Assembly: GCA_963743915.1 (NCBI GenBank)
Contig: CAVURN010000003.1
Coordinates: forward strand, 1-64,000
Length of the DNA stretch: 64,000 bases
Direction: 5' to 3'
DNA from: an uncultured Actinomycetota bacterium
Lineage (GTDB): Bacteria > Actinomycetota > Actinomycetes > JAHEKZ01
A model generated the notes under the pieces. That model worked only from the letters and a program-made list of their open reading frames with translations. It searched no databases and had not been told where the DNA came from. Position numbers and translations under genes: made by a program. Shown here in pieces: positions 21,303 to 30,710 of this stretch (the first letter of the stretch is position 1; the number at the start of each line of letters is the position of its first letter).

Positions 21303-22239
21303 GTGAGGTGGGCCACAGCGCCCGGTGCAAGGCATCCATGCGGGGTTCTCCGTTCCACCCGCGCTGTTGCAGGTCCTGCGCGATGAGCAGCACCACACCA
21401 CGAGGCGAGTGCATCATCGAGGCCTCGACCTGGACCACCCGATAGCCCCGACGCCTCAGCCGAGCACGGCGTCCGATGTCGTACGCGAACTGCTCGCGTT
21501 CACGGTGGTGCGCCCCCTCGTACTCGACTGCCACCCGGTGCTCCTCGTCGAGCAGGTCGACAGTGGCGATGAGCTCATCGTCGTCCCACACCTGTCCCTG
21601 CGGCTCGAGGTGCGGCAAGCCCGCGAGCGTGCACCAGACCCGCACCAGTGACTCCTGCGGTGACTCCGCACGAGCGTCCATGAGCGACACCGCTTGGCGA
21701 AACCGCCTCACACCACGCCTGCCCTCCGCGTGACGCCCGACGTCGGTCAACGTTGTTCCACAGACACCCAGGTGACGGAGGCTGTGGTCCCCGGTCGCCA
21801 CCAGGCGATCGAGGCGCAGTAGCTCGGACAGGTCGAGCAATGTGCGAGCGGGAGTCGTGAGAGACACCCCCTCCACGGTCTGGCGATCGGCCGGTTGCAG
21901 ATCGCCCCGGTGCTGCACGACGTCGGCGCGACGCAGCGACGGCGATCCAGCTGGTCTGGTCAGGTGCACGCGCCGGTTGCGCTGCCCCCACCCGGGCATG
22001 CCCAGAAGTTCAGCCGCCGTCACGTGGCTGAAGGTCACATCGCCAGGAACGACCAGCCCCAGAGCACGGCAACGCTCAACCAGGGTGGGATCTGCGACGT
22101 CGCGCAGATAGACGCCATGGCTGACGCGCTGCATGCGGCGACCGCGCAGGACGTCGACGCCGATGCCGATCCCGCGCAGGTCACGAGGGCGGAACGGGCC
22201 GGCGATCAGGTCGTCGGGGAGCGGTGTGGGTGAGGGCAT
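21280..22239 (-). CDS. AbiEi-like N-domain plus DUF559/Vsr-like endonuclease protein
   Basis: FSHVTAAELLG, TTPARTLLDL, AESPQES, VDLL..VAVEYEGAHH, DIGRRARL..GYRVVQV. Confidence 0.85.
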   Translation of the reverse strand: MPSPTPLPDDLIAGPFRPRDLRGIGIGVDVLRGRRMQRVSHGVYLRDVADPTLVERCRALGLVVPGDVTFSHVTAAELLGMPGWGQRNRRVHLTRPAGSPSLRRADVVQHRGDLQPADRQTVEGVSLTTPARTLLDLSELLRLDRLVATGDHSLRHLGVCGTTLTDVGRHAEGRRGVRRFRQAVSLMDARAESPQESLVRVWCTLAGLPHLEPQGQVWDDDELIATVDLLDEEHRVAVEYEGAHHREREQFAYDIGRRARLRRRGYRVVQVEASMMHSPRGVVLLIAQDLQQRGWNGEPRMDALHRALWPTSRRVARKG

Positions 22240-22339
22240 CGACGCACCCTGCCGCCGATGCCGGCGGCGGCCGGGCACCGGCGTCCTCCCTGTGGACGGG
22301 ACGGTGCCGGACCGATTGTGCACATCGCCGACATGAGCC

Positions 22340-22401
22340 GCTGAGAAGCGCGAAGCAGGGCAGTTGAGACCGTCGAAGTGCCCGACTTTGCGCTCCTCGA
22401 C
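22340..22401. repeat. 62-bp imperfect palindrome (REPIN-like), copy 2
   Basis: GCTGAGAAGCGCGAAGCAGGGCAGTT...AAGTGCCCGACTTTGCGCTCCTCGAC. Confidence 0.78.
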
Positions 22402-22427
22402 GGTCGGCAGCAGCGGCGTCAGCGGCG

Positions 22428-23162
22428 TCAGCGGCAGAGCGTGCGCGTGAAGGCGATGCCCCGCTGCACGGACGCCGCATGGAACGTCAGCCACCGCGCC
22501 AGGCCGTCCGGCGTGCCAGATGCGAAGGCGTCCACCGCCTCGCGGTACCCGTCCACGCCGAGCTCCAGCAGCCCCATCTCCGGCACCGTCAGCGCATCGG
22601 GGTCGACGCCGCGCGCCACCAGCACCACGCGGGACGCCGCGCGTGCCACCAGCTCGTCACCGACTCCGAAGGGTCGCAGCGCCATCAGCTCGCCGTGCAC
22701 GACCCCGGCGACGAGCAGGCCAGGTGCCTCGGTCGTCGTCACCACCTCGGCCAGCGTGGCGAGCCGCTCCCCCACGCCGGCGTCGGGACGAGGGCGCCCC
22801 AGCGCGTCCTGGTCGACCTCACCCGCCATGGCGACGCTGTGCAGGTGAGCCAGGGACTGCAACGGCGCGCGCTTCCAGGTCTCCGCCTCGTAGCCGACCT
22901 CACCGGCCACGCGGAGCGCGGACGCCGCGAGGCGACCGTCGTCGTTGTCGGCGAACGGGGGCTCGAAGGCCTCCCAGGTGAGGGAGCACCCGGCCAGCCG
23001 GGCCGATGCCCACGCGGACCGGAGGCGCGCGGCTGCGCGCACCTCACCCCGTCCCCGACGCAGAGCGGGCTCACGCAGCAGTCCGTCCATCGTGGCGCGC
23101 GTGGCGTCCATCGACTCCGGGACGCCGGGCAGGGCCGCCAGCGCGGCGAGTGCGTCGGTCAC
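22428..23162 (-). CDS. Fic-like protein (Rv3662c/SCO3559-like)
   Basis: Degenerate Fic motif VHGELMALRPFGVGDELVARA; conserved position next to acs. Confidence 0.78.
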   Translation of the reverse strand: MTDALAALAALPGVPESMDATRATMDGLLREPALRRGRGEVRAAARLRSAWASARLAGCSLTWEAFEPPFADNDDGRLAASALRVAGEVGYEAETWKRAPLQSLAHLHSVAMAGEVDQDALGRPRPDAGVGERLATLAEVVTTTEAPGLLVAGVVHGELMALRPFGVGDELVARAASRVVLVARGVDPDALTVPEMGLLELGVDGYREAVDAFASGTPDGLARWLTFHAASVQRGIAFTRTLCR

Positions 23163-23276
23163 GAGGAGAGCCTGTCAGGCGAGCGTCTGCCGGCCACCCC
23201 CTCCCCGTCGGAGCGAGGCTCGACTACGTTCGACCGCGAGACCGGTGAGCCGACCCGAACCCTGAGGTGAGCCTTC

Positions 23277-25259
23277 GTGAGTGAGAAGTCCAGCGACGAG
23301 AGCCTGTCCAACCTGCTGCGCGAGGACCGGACGTTCCCTCCGAGCCCGGAGTTCGCCGCATCCGCCAACGCCACCGCCGAGATGTACGACGTGGCGAGCG
23401 CCGACCGGATGGCGTTCTGGGACGAGCAGGCGAGCCGGCTGCACTGGGACAAGCCCTGGAGCCAGACTCTCGACTGGTCGGACGCACCTTTCGCCCGTTG
23501 GTTCGTCGACGGACGCCTCAACGTCGCCTTCAACTGCGTCGACCGCCACGTCGCCAACGGGCTCGGCGACCGGGTCGCCATCTACTTCGAGGGTGAACCG
23601 GGCGACACCCGCACGATCACCTACGGCGAGCTGCAGCGCGAGGTGTCGCAGGCCGCCAACGCCCTGACCGAGCTCGGCATCACCGCCGGGGACCGGGTCG
23701 CGATCTACCTCCCGATGATCCCCGAGGCAGCCGTGGCGATGCTCGCGTGTGCGCGCATCGGTGCCCCGCACTCGGTGGTGTTCGGCGGCTTCTCGGCGGA
23801 GGCGCTGCGCAGCCGCATCGAGGACGCCGAGGCCAAGCTGGTCATCACCGCCGACGGCGGCTACCGGCGAGGCAAGCCGTCCGCCCTGAAGCCGGCGGTC
23901 GACGAGGCGGTGGATGCCTCACCGAGCGTCGAGAAGGTGCTCGTCGTCCGGCGCACGGAGCAGGAGGTGGAGTGGAACGACTCCCGCGACCTCTGGTGGC
24001 ATGACGTCGTCGGTCGACAGCCCACGACTCATGAGCCTGCGGCGTTCGACAGCGAGCACCCGCTGTTCATCCTCTACACGTCCGGGACCACCGGTAAGCC
24101 CAAAGGAATCCTGCACACCAGCGGCGGGTACCTGACGCAGGTCGCCTACACCCACCACAACGTCTTCGACCTCAAGCCCGAGCAGGACGTCTACTGGTGC
24201 ACCGCTGACGTCGGCTGGGTCACCGGCCACTCCTACATCGTCTACGGACCACTCGCCAACGGCGCGACACAGGTGATGTACGAGGGCACCCCGGACACGC
24301 CGCATCGCGGTCGCCTCTGGGAGATCGTGGAGAAGTACCGCGTCTCCATCTTCTACACGGCCCCGACCGCGATCCGCACTTTCATGAAGTGGGGCGACGA
24401 CCTGCCGGCAGGCTTCGACATGAGCTCGTTGCGCGTCCTCGGCTCGGTGGGCGAGCCGATCAACCCCGAGGCGTGGATGTGGTACCGCGAGCACATCGGC
24501 GGCAACCGCTGCCCCGTGGTGGACACCTGGTGGCAGACCGAGACCGGCGCCATCATGATCAGCCCGCTGCCCGGTGTCACGGCCACCAAGCCCGGTTCGG
24601 CGATGACGCCGCTCCCGGGCATCGGCGCCGAGGTCGTCGACGACCAGGCGCACCCGGTGCCCAACGGTGGTGGGGGGTACCTCGTCCTCACCGAGCCGTG
24701 GCCGAGCATGCTGCGCGGCATCTGGGGTGACCCCCAGCGCTACAAGGACACCTACTGGTCGCGCTACGAGGGCATGTACTTCGCGGGTGACGGCGCGAAG
24801 AAGGACGAGGACGGCGCCATCTGGCTGCTCGGACGCGTCGACGACGTGATGAACGTGTCAGGACACCGCATCTCGACCACCGAGGTCGAGTCGGCGCTCG
24901 TCTCGCACCCCTCTGTCGCCGAAGCAGCGGTCGTCGGTGCCACCGACCCGACGACCGGACAAGGCATCGTCGCCTTCGTCATCGTGCGCGGTCACGTCGC
25001 CGACGACAAGGCACACGGTGACGCTCTGGTGCAGGAGCTGCGGCAGCACGTCGCCCACGAGATCGGCCCGATCGCCAAGCCGCGCCAGATCATGGTCGTG
25101 CCCGAGCTGCCCAAGACCCGCTCCGGCAAGATCATGCGACGACTGCTGCGCGACGTTGCCGAGCACCGTGACCTCGGTGATGTCACCACTCTCGCGGATC
25201 CGACCGTCATGAACCTGGTCTCCGAGGGGCTGGACAAAGCGGGCGGCGGCAACGCCTAG
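23277..25259 (+). CDS. acs: Acetyl-CoA synthetase
   Basis: [33 protein letters not shown]. Confidence 0.97.
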   Translation: MSEKSSDESLSNLLREDRTFPPSPEFAASANATAEMYDVASADRMAFWDEQASRLHWDKPWSQTLDWSDAPFARWFVDGRLNVAFNCVDRHVANGLGDRVAIYFEGEPGDTRTITYGELQREVSQAANALTELGITAGDRVAIYLPMIPEAAVAMLACARIGAPHSVVFGGFSAEALRSRIEDAEAKLVITADGGYRRGKPSALKPAVDEAVDASPSVEKVLVVRRTEQEVEWNDSRDLWWHDVVGRQPTTHEPAAFDSEHPLFILYTSGTTGKPKGILHTSGGYLTQVAYTHHNVFDLKPEQDVYWCTADVGWVTGHSYIVYGPLANGATQVMYEGTPDTPHRGRLWEIVEKYRVSIFYTAPTAIRTFMKWGDDLPAGFDMSSLRVLGSVGEPINPEAWMWYREHIGGNRCPVVDTWWQTETGAIMISPLPGVTATKPGSAMTPLPGIGAEVVDDQAHPVPNGGGGYLVLTEPWPSMLRGIWGDPQRYKDTYWSRYEGMYFAGDGAKKDEDGAIWLLGRVDDVMNVSGHRISTTEVESALVSHPSVAEAAVVGATDPTTGQGIVAFVIVRGHVADDKAHGDALVQELRQHVAHEIGPIAKPRQIMVVPELPKTRSGKIMRRLLRDVAEHRDLGDVTTLADPTVMNLVSEGLDKAGGGNA

Positions 25260-25343
25260 CGGCTGCCGCCGATCGTCACAGCCGGATGTCACAGGCGGAT
25301 GTCGACGGCGGAACGGCATCAGGCCGGACCGCGTCGAAGGCAC

Positions 25344-25736
25344 ATGGCGCCTCGACCGCTGGTCCTCGGTCTGACATCGCTCGCCGCGGCCCTCACCCTG
25401 ACCGCCTGTACCGGTGAGCCAGGTGCGGGGCCACCAGCCGGTTCCTCCTCGTCGCCGACGGTGGGGCTGACGGAGTCCCGAACCTTCACCCTGAGGCCGG
25501 GACACTGCTGGTTCGAGCCGGTCCGCGTCCAGGGGGTGACGTGGAGAGTCGAGCCTGCCGACCAGTTCGGGTGGGGCGACGGCGTCCGTCGCTGGAAGGG
25601 GACCGGCGAGCTCCGGCAGGTGGCGGAGGATCATCTGGTGTTCGTCGACGACAAGGGAAGCCGCATCGACCTGTGGCCCGACGGTCATCCGAAGGTCGCC
25701 GTCGACGACGACGCGCCTCCGCAGTTCTGCGCGTAG
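25344..25736 (+). CDS. Hypothetical lipoprotein
   Basis: Signal with LTAC lipobox. Upstream are GGAAC-N17-CGTC and a 13-bp tandem GTCACAG(C/G)CGGAT. Confidence 0.6.
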   Translation: MAPRPLVLGLTSLAAALTLTACTGEPGAGPPAGSSSSPTVGLTESRTFTLRPGHCWFEPVRVQGVTWRVEPADQFGWGDGVRRWKGTGELRQVAEDHLVFVDDKGSRIDLWPDGHPKVAVDDDAPPQFCA

Positions 25737-25772
25737 AGCGCGCGATCGCTGGCACCCGCCAGCGATCCACAG

Positions 25773-25835
25773 ATTGGAGGATCACCTGCGGTTTGACGGC
25801 CCTCGCGGCCCTGAAACCGCAAGGAATCCGCCGAT
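25773..25835. repeat. 63-bp imperfect palindrome between convergent genes
   Basis: ATTGGAGGATCACCTGCGGTTT...AAACCGCAAGGAATCCGCCGAT. Confidence 0.65.
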
Positions 25836-25859
25836 GAATTGGTCCGGCCAGGTGGACCC

Positions 25860-27264
25860 CTAAACCACCCGACGCCGGCGAGCCACCACCACGATGGACC
25901 CGACCAGGGCCACGACGATCAGCACCACCAACATCGTGTGCCCAACGATCCACTCCCCCGTGCCTGGACCCAACGTGCGGAGGTCGTACCAGGGCTGGTC
26001 GGGCGGTTGAGCATCGCGCAACTGTCCGGACGAGAGGACATCAGCGGCGACGCGGCTCGTCAGGTAGTAGGGCGGGACCTCAGCCTCACCGGCGCGGACG
26101 AGTACGTCGCTCGAACCATCACGCGACGAATAGGCAATCAGTACGCCGGGTCCCCCGCCGGCTCGCACTGCGCTCACGACGGGCGTCCAGGCATCACGCC
26201 AGCCGATCACCGATGACACATCCTCCAGGTACCCGCTGAGGTTCTGGCTCAGCAGCTCCTCGCCAGTGCGGAGGACGAAGACATGGAGATCCCAGACGCT
26301 CCCATCGCCGGACGCCCCCGGCGTCGGATCGCTCAAGCCCGCAAGTCGGGCGCCGTCCGGAGAGAGCGAGAAGCGGCTGAGTCCTTCGGGGACGCCCTGC
26401 AGCACCCCGACAGGCTCGACACCTTGGTCGGTCACAGCGGAGACGCGCACCGTCGAGACGCGACTTTGGTCGGCCAGCACGAGCCTCCCGTCCGATGTCC
26501 ATCCCGCCGGTTCACCGGCCAGCACAGTGTCCTCCGGCAGCCGGGTCACCTCACCCGACGCGGCATCGACCATGAAGTACCAGGACCGACCGGATGAGCC
26601 ATCGGGGTCGTCACCATTGGTCACGTTTGCGAGAACCACGAGCCGAGAGCCGTCTGGGGACCACGTGAGGGTGTCCACCCAGCCTCCCTTGCCATCGTCG
26701 GGCAGCACGATCCAACGACTGTCACCCGTGCCAGCGTCCAGCAGCTCGACGCGAAGGGAGTCCGGGGTGGTCCCCGCGTGGCTGATCGCCACCTCGCTGC
26801 CGTCTGGTGCCACGTCGACGACCGTCTGGACGAGGTCGACCGACGTAGGTGCGATGAACACGGTACTCGTCGCTGTCCGCACCGACCGCGACCCACGACG
26901 TCACTCCCCGAGCAGCGGGTCCCGCGTACACCATCGACACCCGGCCGATAGGCGCCTGCTCCAACGTCAGGATGTGCTGCACGAGTGGGGAAGATCTGGT
27001 CCGGCAGGGAGCCCGGCCCAGAGGCGGGAACCACCTGCGGAGGTCGTGTCATCGCGAAGAGACCCACCACGAGCAGCACCACCACTGCCGCTGCAGCGAC
27101 ACCGAGTGCTCCGACCGTCCACCCACGACGCGGGATGCGACGCGCGGGGCGCCGTTGATCCTCGCGTGCCTCGAGGCGAGTCGTGCGACGCGGGCGTCCA
27201 CATCCGTTCCGACCCCTGCAGATGCCACTTCGTGCAGCGCCTCACGCAGTGCGGTGTCGTTCAT
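25860..27264 (-). CDS. Membrane-anchored TolB/WD40-like beta-propeller protein (putative anti-sigma), frameshifted
   Basis: Overlaps the ECF stop (ATGA); LREALHE N-terminus, TM segment, APDG/WSPDG/LSPDG repeats, C-terminal TM. Confidence 0.7.
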
Positions 27265-27785
27265 CGCTGCACCTCCGTTGCCTCATGCGCGTCGCCCAGC
27301 AGTTCCGCGAGCTCAGGCTGGACCTCGCGCAGGCGCCCCAAAGCCCGGTGTGCGTGTGACTTGACGGTGCCCACGGAGCAGCCCAGCGCGTCGGCCGTCT
27401 GACGCTCGGTGAGGTCTGCGTAGTACCGAAGGACGAGCACAGCGCGCTGCTGGGGCGTCAGCTGACGAAGCGCGGTGTCGAGTGCGAGCCGACGGTCGAC
27501 GTCATCACGCGGCGTCGAACGTTCGGGGACCTCGGCCACCACGACCTCAGCACCGCGCCGACGCCGCCACCAGGAGATGTTTTCCCGCACCATCGCCTGT
27601 CGGACGTACGCCTCCGGAGAGCCGGCACTCACCCTCGACCAGTGGCGGTAGGTCTTCGCCAGCGCGGTCTGCATGAGGTCCTCCGCGAGGTGCCGGTCAC
27701 CGGTGAGGAGGTACGCGGTTCGCAGGAGCGCGGGACCGCGCGACGACACGAAGTCGTCGAAGTCGCTGTCCTCATCCCTGCTCAT
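27261..27785 (-). CDS. SigE-family ECF sigma factor
   Basis: LLRTAYLLTGDRHLAEDL, QRAVLVLRYYADL..TADALGCSVGTVKS. Confidence 0.93.
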   Translation of the reverse strand: MSRDEDSDFDDFVSSRGPALLRTAYLLTGDRHLAEDLMQTALAKTYRHWSRVSAGSPEAYVRQAMVRENISWWRRRRGAEVVVAEVPERSTPRDDVDRRLALDTALRQLTPQQRAVLVLRYYADLTERQTADALGCSVGTVKSHAHRALGRLREVQPELAELLGDAHEATEVQR

Positions 27786-27807
27786 CCGCTCACCCCCTCA
27801 TCTGCAT

Positions 27808-27836
27808 CAACGATCAAAACGCCCTGAAAGGTTGAC
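27808..27836 (-). promoter_or_regulatory. Putative autoregulatory ECF promoter
   Basis: GTCAACC-N17-CGTTG about 25 bp upstream of the ECF start. Confidence 0.55.
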
Positions 27837-27874
27837 AGACCCGAGTCACTTTCTCGGTGACCGATAGACTGCCC

Positions 27875-27925
27875 ATGGCGTGCCGGGAAGACGGGTCGGC
27901 GACCGGGTCTGCATCAGCAGATGCG
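27875..27925 (+). promoter_or_regulatory. nhaA-I motif (Li+/Na+ riboswitch candidate)
   Basis: GGCGTGCCGGGAAGACGGGTCGGC right after a TAGACT -10 and directly upstream of nhaA; match is from recall of the actinobacterial consensus. Confidence 0.65.
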
Positions 27926-27948
27926 GTCCCCTGTCGATGGAGGTTCCC

Positions 27949-29202
27949 GTGTCCACCCCTGAGCCGCCTGTCTCCGACCCCACGCCGCGCCGTGTCCTCT
28001 TCTCCCGGCTGCCCCTCGGTGAGAACCGGTTCATCGCCGACGCGCTGCGGCAGGAGACGGTGGGTGGGGCGCTGCTGCTCGCCGCGGCCGTGGCCGGTCT
28101 GGTCGCGGCGAACACCGGTCTGGCCGACGCGTACGAGAGCCTCAAAGACTTCGTCGTGGGCCCCGCGGCCCTGCATCTCGACCTGAGTCTCGAGTCGTGG
28201 GCGGCCGACGGATTGCTGGCCATCTTCTTCTTCGTCGCCGGGCTCGAGCTCAAGCGCGAGCTGGTCGTCGGGACCCTGCGGGAGCCTGCTCAGGCCGTCC
28301 TGCCCGTGATCGCCGCCCTCGGCGGCATGATCATGCCGGCACTGATCTTCGTGCTGATCACGATGGGGGACCCGGAGGCTCGTGCCGGCTGGGCCATCCC
28401 GATGGCGACCGACATCGCCTTCGCGCTCGCGGTGCTGGCAGTCGTGGGCTCGCACCTGCCGCCAGCGCTCCGGGCGTTCCTGCTGACTCTCGCGGTGGTC
28501 GACGACCTCGGTGCGATCACGGTCATCGCGGTGTTCTTCACCGACGAGCTGAAGGTCGTGCCGCTCACGGTTGCGGCCGTCCTGCTGGTCGGGTACTTCC
28601 TGCTGCAGCGCGCACGCGTCGTGTCGCCGTGGCTCTACGTGCCACTCGCCCTGGTCATCTGGACACTCGTTCACGACTCGGGCATCCACGCCACCGTCGC
28701 CGGAGTCGCGCTCGGGCTGTTGACGAGGGTCAAGCCTGACCCGGACGAGGACGCGTCGCCCGCCGAGCGTCTCGAGCACCGCGTCCGCCCTCTCTCCGCC
28801 GGGGTGGCCGTCCCGGTCTTCGCCTTCCTCTCCGCGGGGGTCGCGCTCGACCTCGGTCGGGCCTCCACCCTGGTGGCGGAGCCCCTCGCGATCGGCATCA
28901 TCACTGGCCTGGTCGTCGGCAAGCTGGTCGGAGTCTTCGGCGGCGCCTGGCTCACTGCCCGGTTCACCCGCGCCGCGCTCGACCCGTCGCTCCGATGGCT
29001 CGACATGGTCGGGCTCGCCCTGGTCTCCGGCGTCGGGTTCACGGTGTCCCTGCTCATCGCTGAGCTCGCCTTCTCCGGCGACCTGCTGGACACCGCCAAG
29101 GGCGGCATCCTCGCCGGATCGCTCGTCGCGGCGGTCCTGGGAGCGGTCATCCTGCGCACCCGCGATCGCGCCTATCGACTGGCCGAGGAGGAGACGTCCT
29201 GA
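27949..29202 (+). CDS. nhaA: Na+/H+ antiporter
   Basis: GLELKRE, GWAIPMATDIAFA, LAVVDDLGAI, GVGFTVSLLI. Confidence 0.96.
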   Translation: MSTPEPPVSDPTPRRVLFSRLPLGENRFIADALRQETVGGALLLAAAVAGLVAANTGLADAYESLKDFVVGPAALHLDLSLESWAADGLLAIFFFVAGLELKRELVVGTLREPAQAVLPVIAALGGMIMPALIFVLITMGDPEARAGWAIPMATDIAFALAVLAVVGSHLPPALRAFLLTLAVVDDLGAITVIAVFFTDELKVVPLTVAAVLLVGYFLLQRARVVSPWLYVPLALVIWTLVHDSGIHATVAGVALGLLTRVKPDPDEDASPAERLEHRVRPLSAGVAVPVFAFLSAGVALDLGRASTLVAEPLAIGIITGLVVGKLVGVFGGAWLTARFTRAALDPSLRWLDMVGLALVSGVGFTVSLLIAELAFSGDLLDTAKGGILAGSLVAAVLGAVILRTRDRAYRLAEEETS

Positions 29203-29284
29203 GCGGCGGGCATGACCGACCGCCCCCCGACCTGACAAGATCGGTCCGGACGCCACCTCCCCGGTGGGCGACCAAGGAGGAGTC

Positions 29285-29773
29285 ATGATCGACGACCGCC
29301 CGAGCCTCGGCACCCTCATCGCCGGGATCACCAGTGAGCTCAGCGCTCTGGTGCGGGGCGAGATCGAGCTGGCCAAGGCCGAGATGCGCGAGTCGGCGAA
29401 GGCCGGGGCGTCAGCGGCCGCACTGTTCGTCGTCGCTGGTGTGCTGCTCGCGATGGTGTGGCTGCTGGTGACGTGGGCGGTCGTCTACGTACTGGTCGAG
29501 GTCGCGGACCTGCCGCAGTGGGCGTCGTTCCTGATCGTCGCCGCCTTCTACCTCATCGTCGCCGTCATTCTGGGCGCCATCGGGTACTACCGCGCCAAGA
29601 AGGCGCGCGGACCCGAGCAGGCGAGGGCCGAGGCCGAGCGCACCAAGCAGATCGTGAGTTCTCTGCCCCCGAACGCCCCACCCGTCCCCGACAAGCTCCG
29701 CACCCCGCCGTCCAGCCCCCCGAACGCCCCACCCGTCCCCGACAAGCTCCGCACCCCGCCGTCCAGCGCATGA
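29285..29773 (+). CDS. Phage-holin-family membrane protein (DUF1469/Rv3669-like)
   Basis: LSALVRGEIELAKAEM, two TM segments. Confidence 0.85.
   Translation: MIDDRPSLGTLIAGITSELSALVRGEIELAKAEMRESAKAGASAAALFVVAGVLLAMVWLLVTWAVVYVLVEVADLPQWASFLIVAAFYLIVAVILGAIGYYRAKKARGPEQARAEAERTKQIVSSLPPNAPPVPDKLRTPPSSPPNAPPVPDKLRTPPSSA
29666..29767 (+). repeat. In-frame 51-bp tandem duplication
   Basis: PPNAPPVPDKLRTPPSS twice; GAACGCCCC at 29671 and 29722. Confidence 0.95.
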
Positions 29774-30675
29774 CCCACCCGCGCGACATCGCGCTCGAGG
29801 GCCCGTGGGAGCACCGCACGGTGGCAGCGCGGGGGGCCCGCTTCCACATCGCCGAGGCCGGTGAAGGGCCGCTGGTGCTGCTGCTCCACGGGTTCCCCGA
29901 GTTCTGGTGGACGTGGCGCCACCAGCTGCCGGCGCTCGCCGAAGCCGGCTACCGAGCGGTGGCGATGGACCTCAGGGGCTTCGGAGGCAGTGACCACACC
30001 CCGCGCGGCTACGACCTGCCCTCACTCGCGGGAGACACTGCGAGCGTGATCGCCTCTCTCGGGGCGCGGGACGCGATCGTCGTCGGCAACGGCTGGGGTG
30101 GGCTCGTTGCGTGGACCCTGGCCGCGTACGAGCCCAAGGCGGTGCGACGACTCGTGGCGGTGGGTGCGCCGCATCCCCTGCGACTGCGCAACGCGGCAGT
30201 CCGGCGTCCTCACCAGCTGCGTCAGCTCTGGTCGATGCAGACACCGTGGCTGCCCGAGCGGTCGTTCCGCACCGCGAGCTCCAGCCGGGTCGACCACCTG
30301 CTGCACGCGTGGGCAGCGCCGGGATGGCCGGATCTGCCGACCTCCCTCACCTATCGCCGCGCGTTCGCTCTCGGCAACACTGCCTACTGCGCCGCGGAGT
30401 ACCACCGCTGGTTCCTGCGATCGGCGCTCCGCACCGACGGCGCACGCTATGGACGCCGCATGCAGACGTCCATCTCCGCACCGGTCCTGCACATCCACGG
30501 CGCCGCCGACGGCTGCTACCCGGCCTCCATGGCCCAGGGGGCGAGCCGCTACGTCAGCGCGCCCTACCGATGGCGCCTGCTCGACGGCGTCGGCCACTTT
30601 CCGCAGGAGGAAGACCCGGAGCGGTTCACCGCTGAGCTGCTCAGCTGGCTCGACGATCCCGAGCCCGACCGCTGA
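29770..30675 (+). CDS. Alpha/beta hydrolase (epoxide hydrolase-like, Rv3670 position)
   Basis: LLHGFPEFW, DLRGFGGS, GHFPQEE. Confidence 0.9.
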   Translation: MTHPRDIALEGPWEHRTVAARGARFHIAEAGEGPLVLLLHGFPEFWWTWRHQLPALAEAGYRAVAMDLRGFGGSDHTPRGYDLPSLAGDTASVIASLGARDAIVVGNGWGGLVAWTLAAYEPKAVRRLVAVGAPHPLRLRNAAVRRPHQLRQLWSMQTPWLPERSFRTASSSRVDHLLHAWAAPGWPDLPTSLTYRRAFALGNTAYCAAEYHRWFLRSALRTDGARYGRRMQTSISAPVLHIHGAADGCYPASMAQGASRYVSAPYRWRLLDGVGHFPQEEDPERFTAELLSWLDDPEPDR

Positions 30676-30710
30676 CACCGCGGATGCCCTAGAGATTCGG
30701 GGCACGCCTG

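Larger units (their letters stand above)
21237..22405. mobile_element. Putative REPIN-flanked AbiEi/DUF559 cassette
   Basis: Perfect outer inverted repeat GACCGTCGAG/CTCGACGGTC. Two related 62-bp palindromes enclose a single gene between two convergent core genes. Mobility is inferred. Confidence 0.55.

Noticed and set aside
29285-29773. Prophage suggested by the holin-family gene
   Set aside because: This is a conserved core membrane protein at this locus, and no phage genes are nearby.
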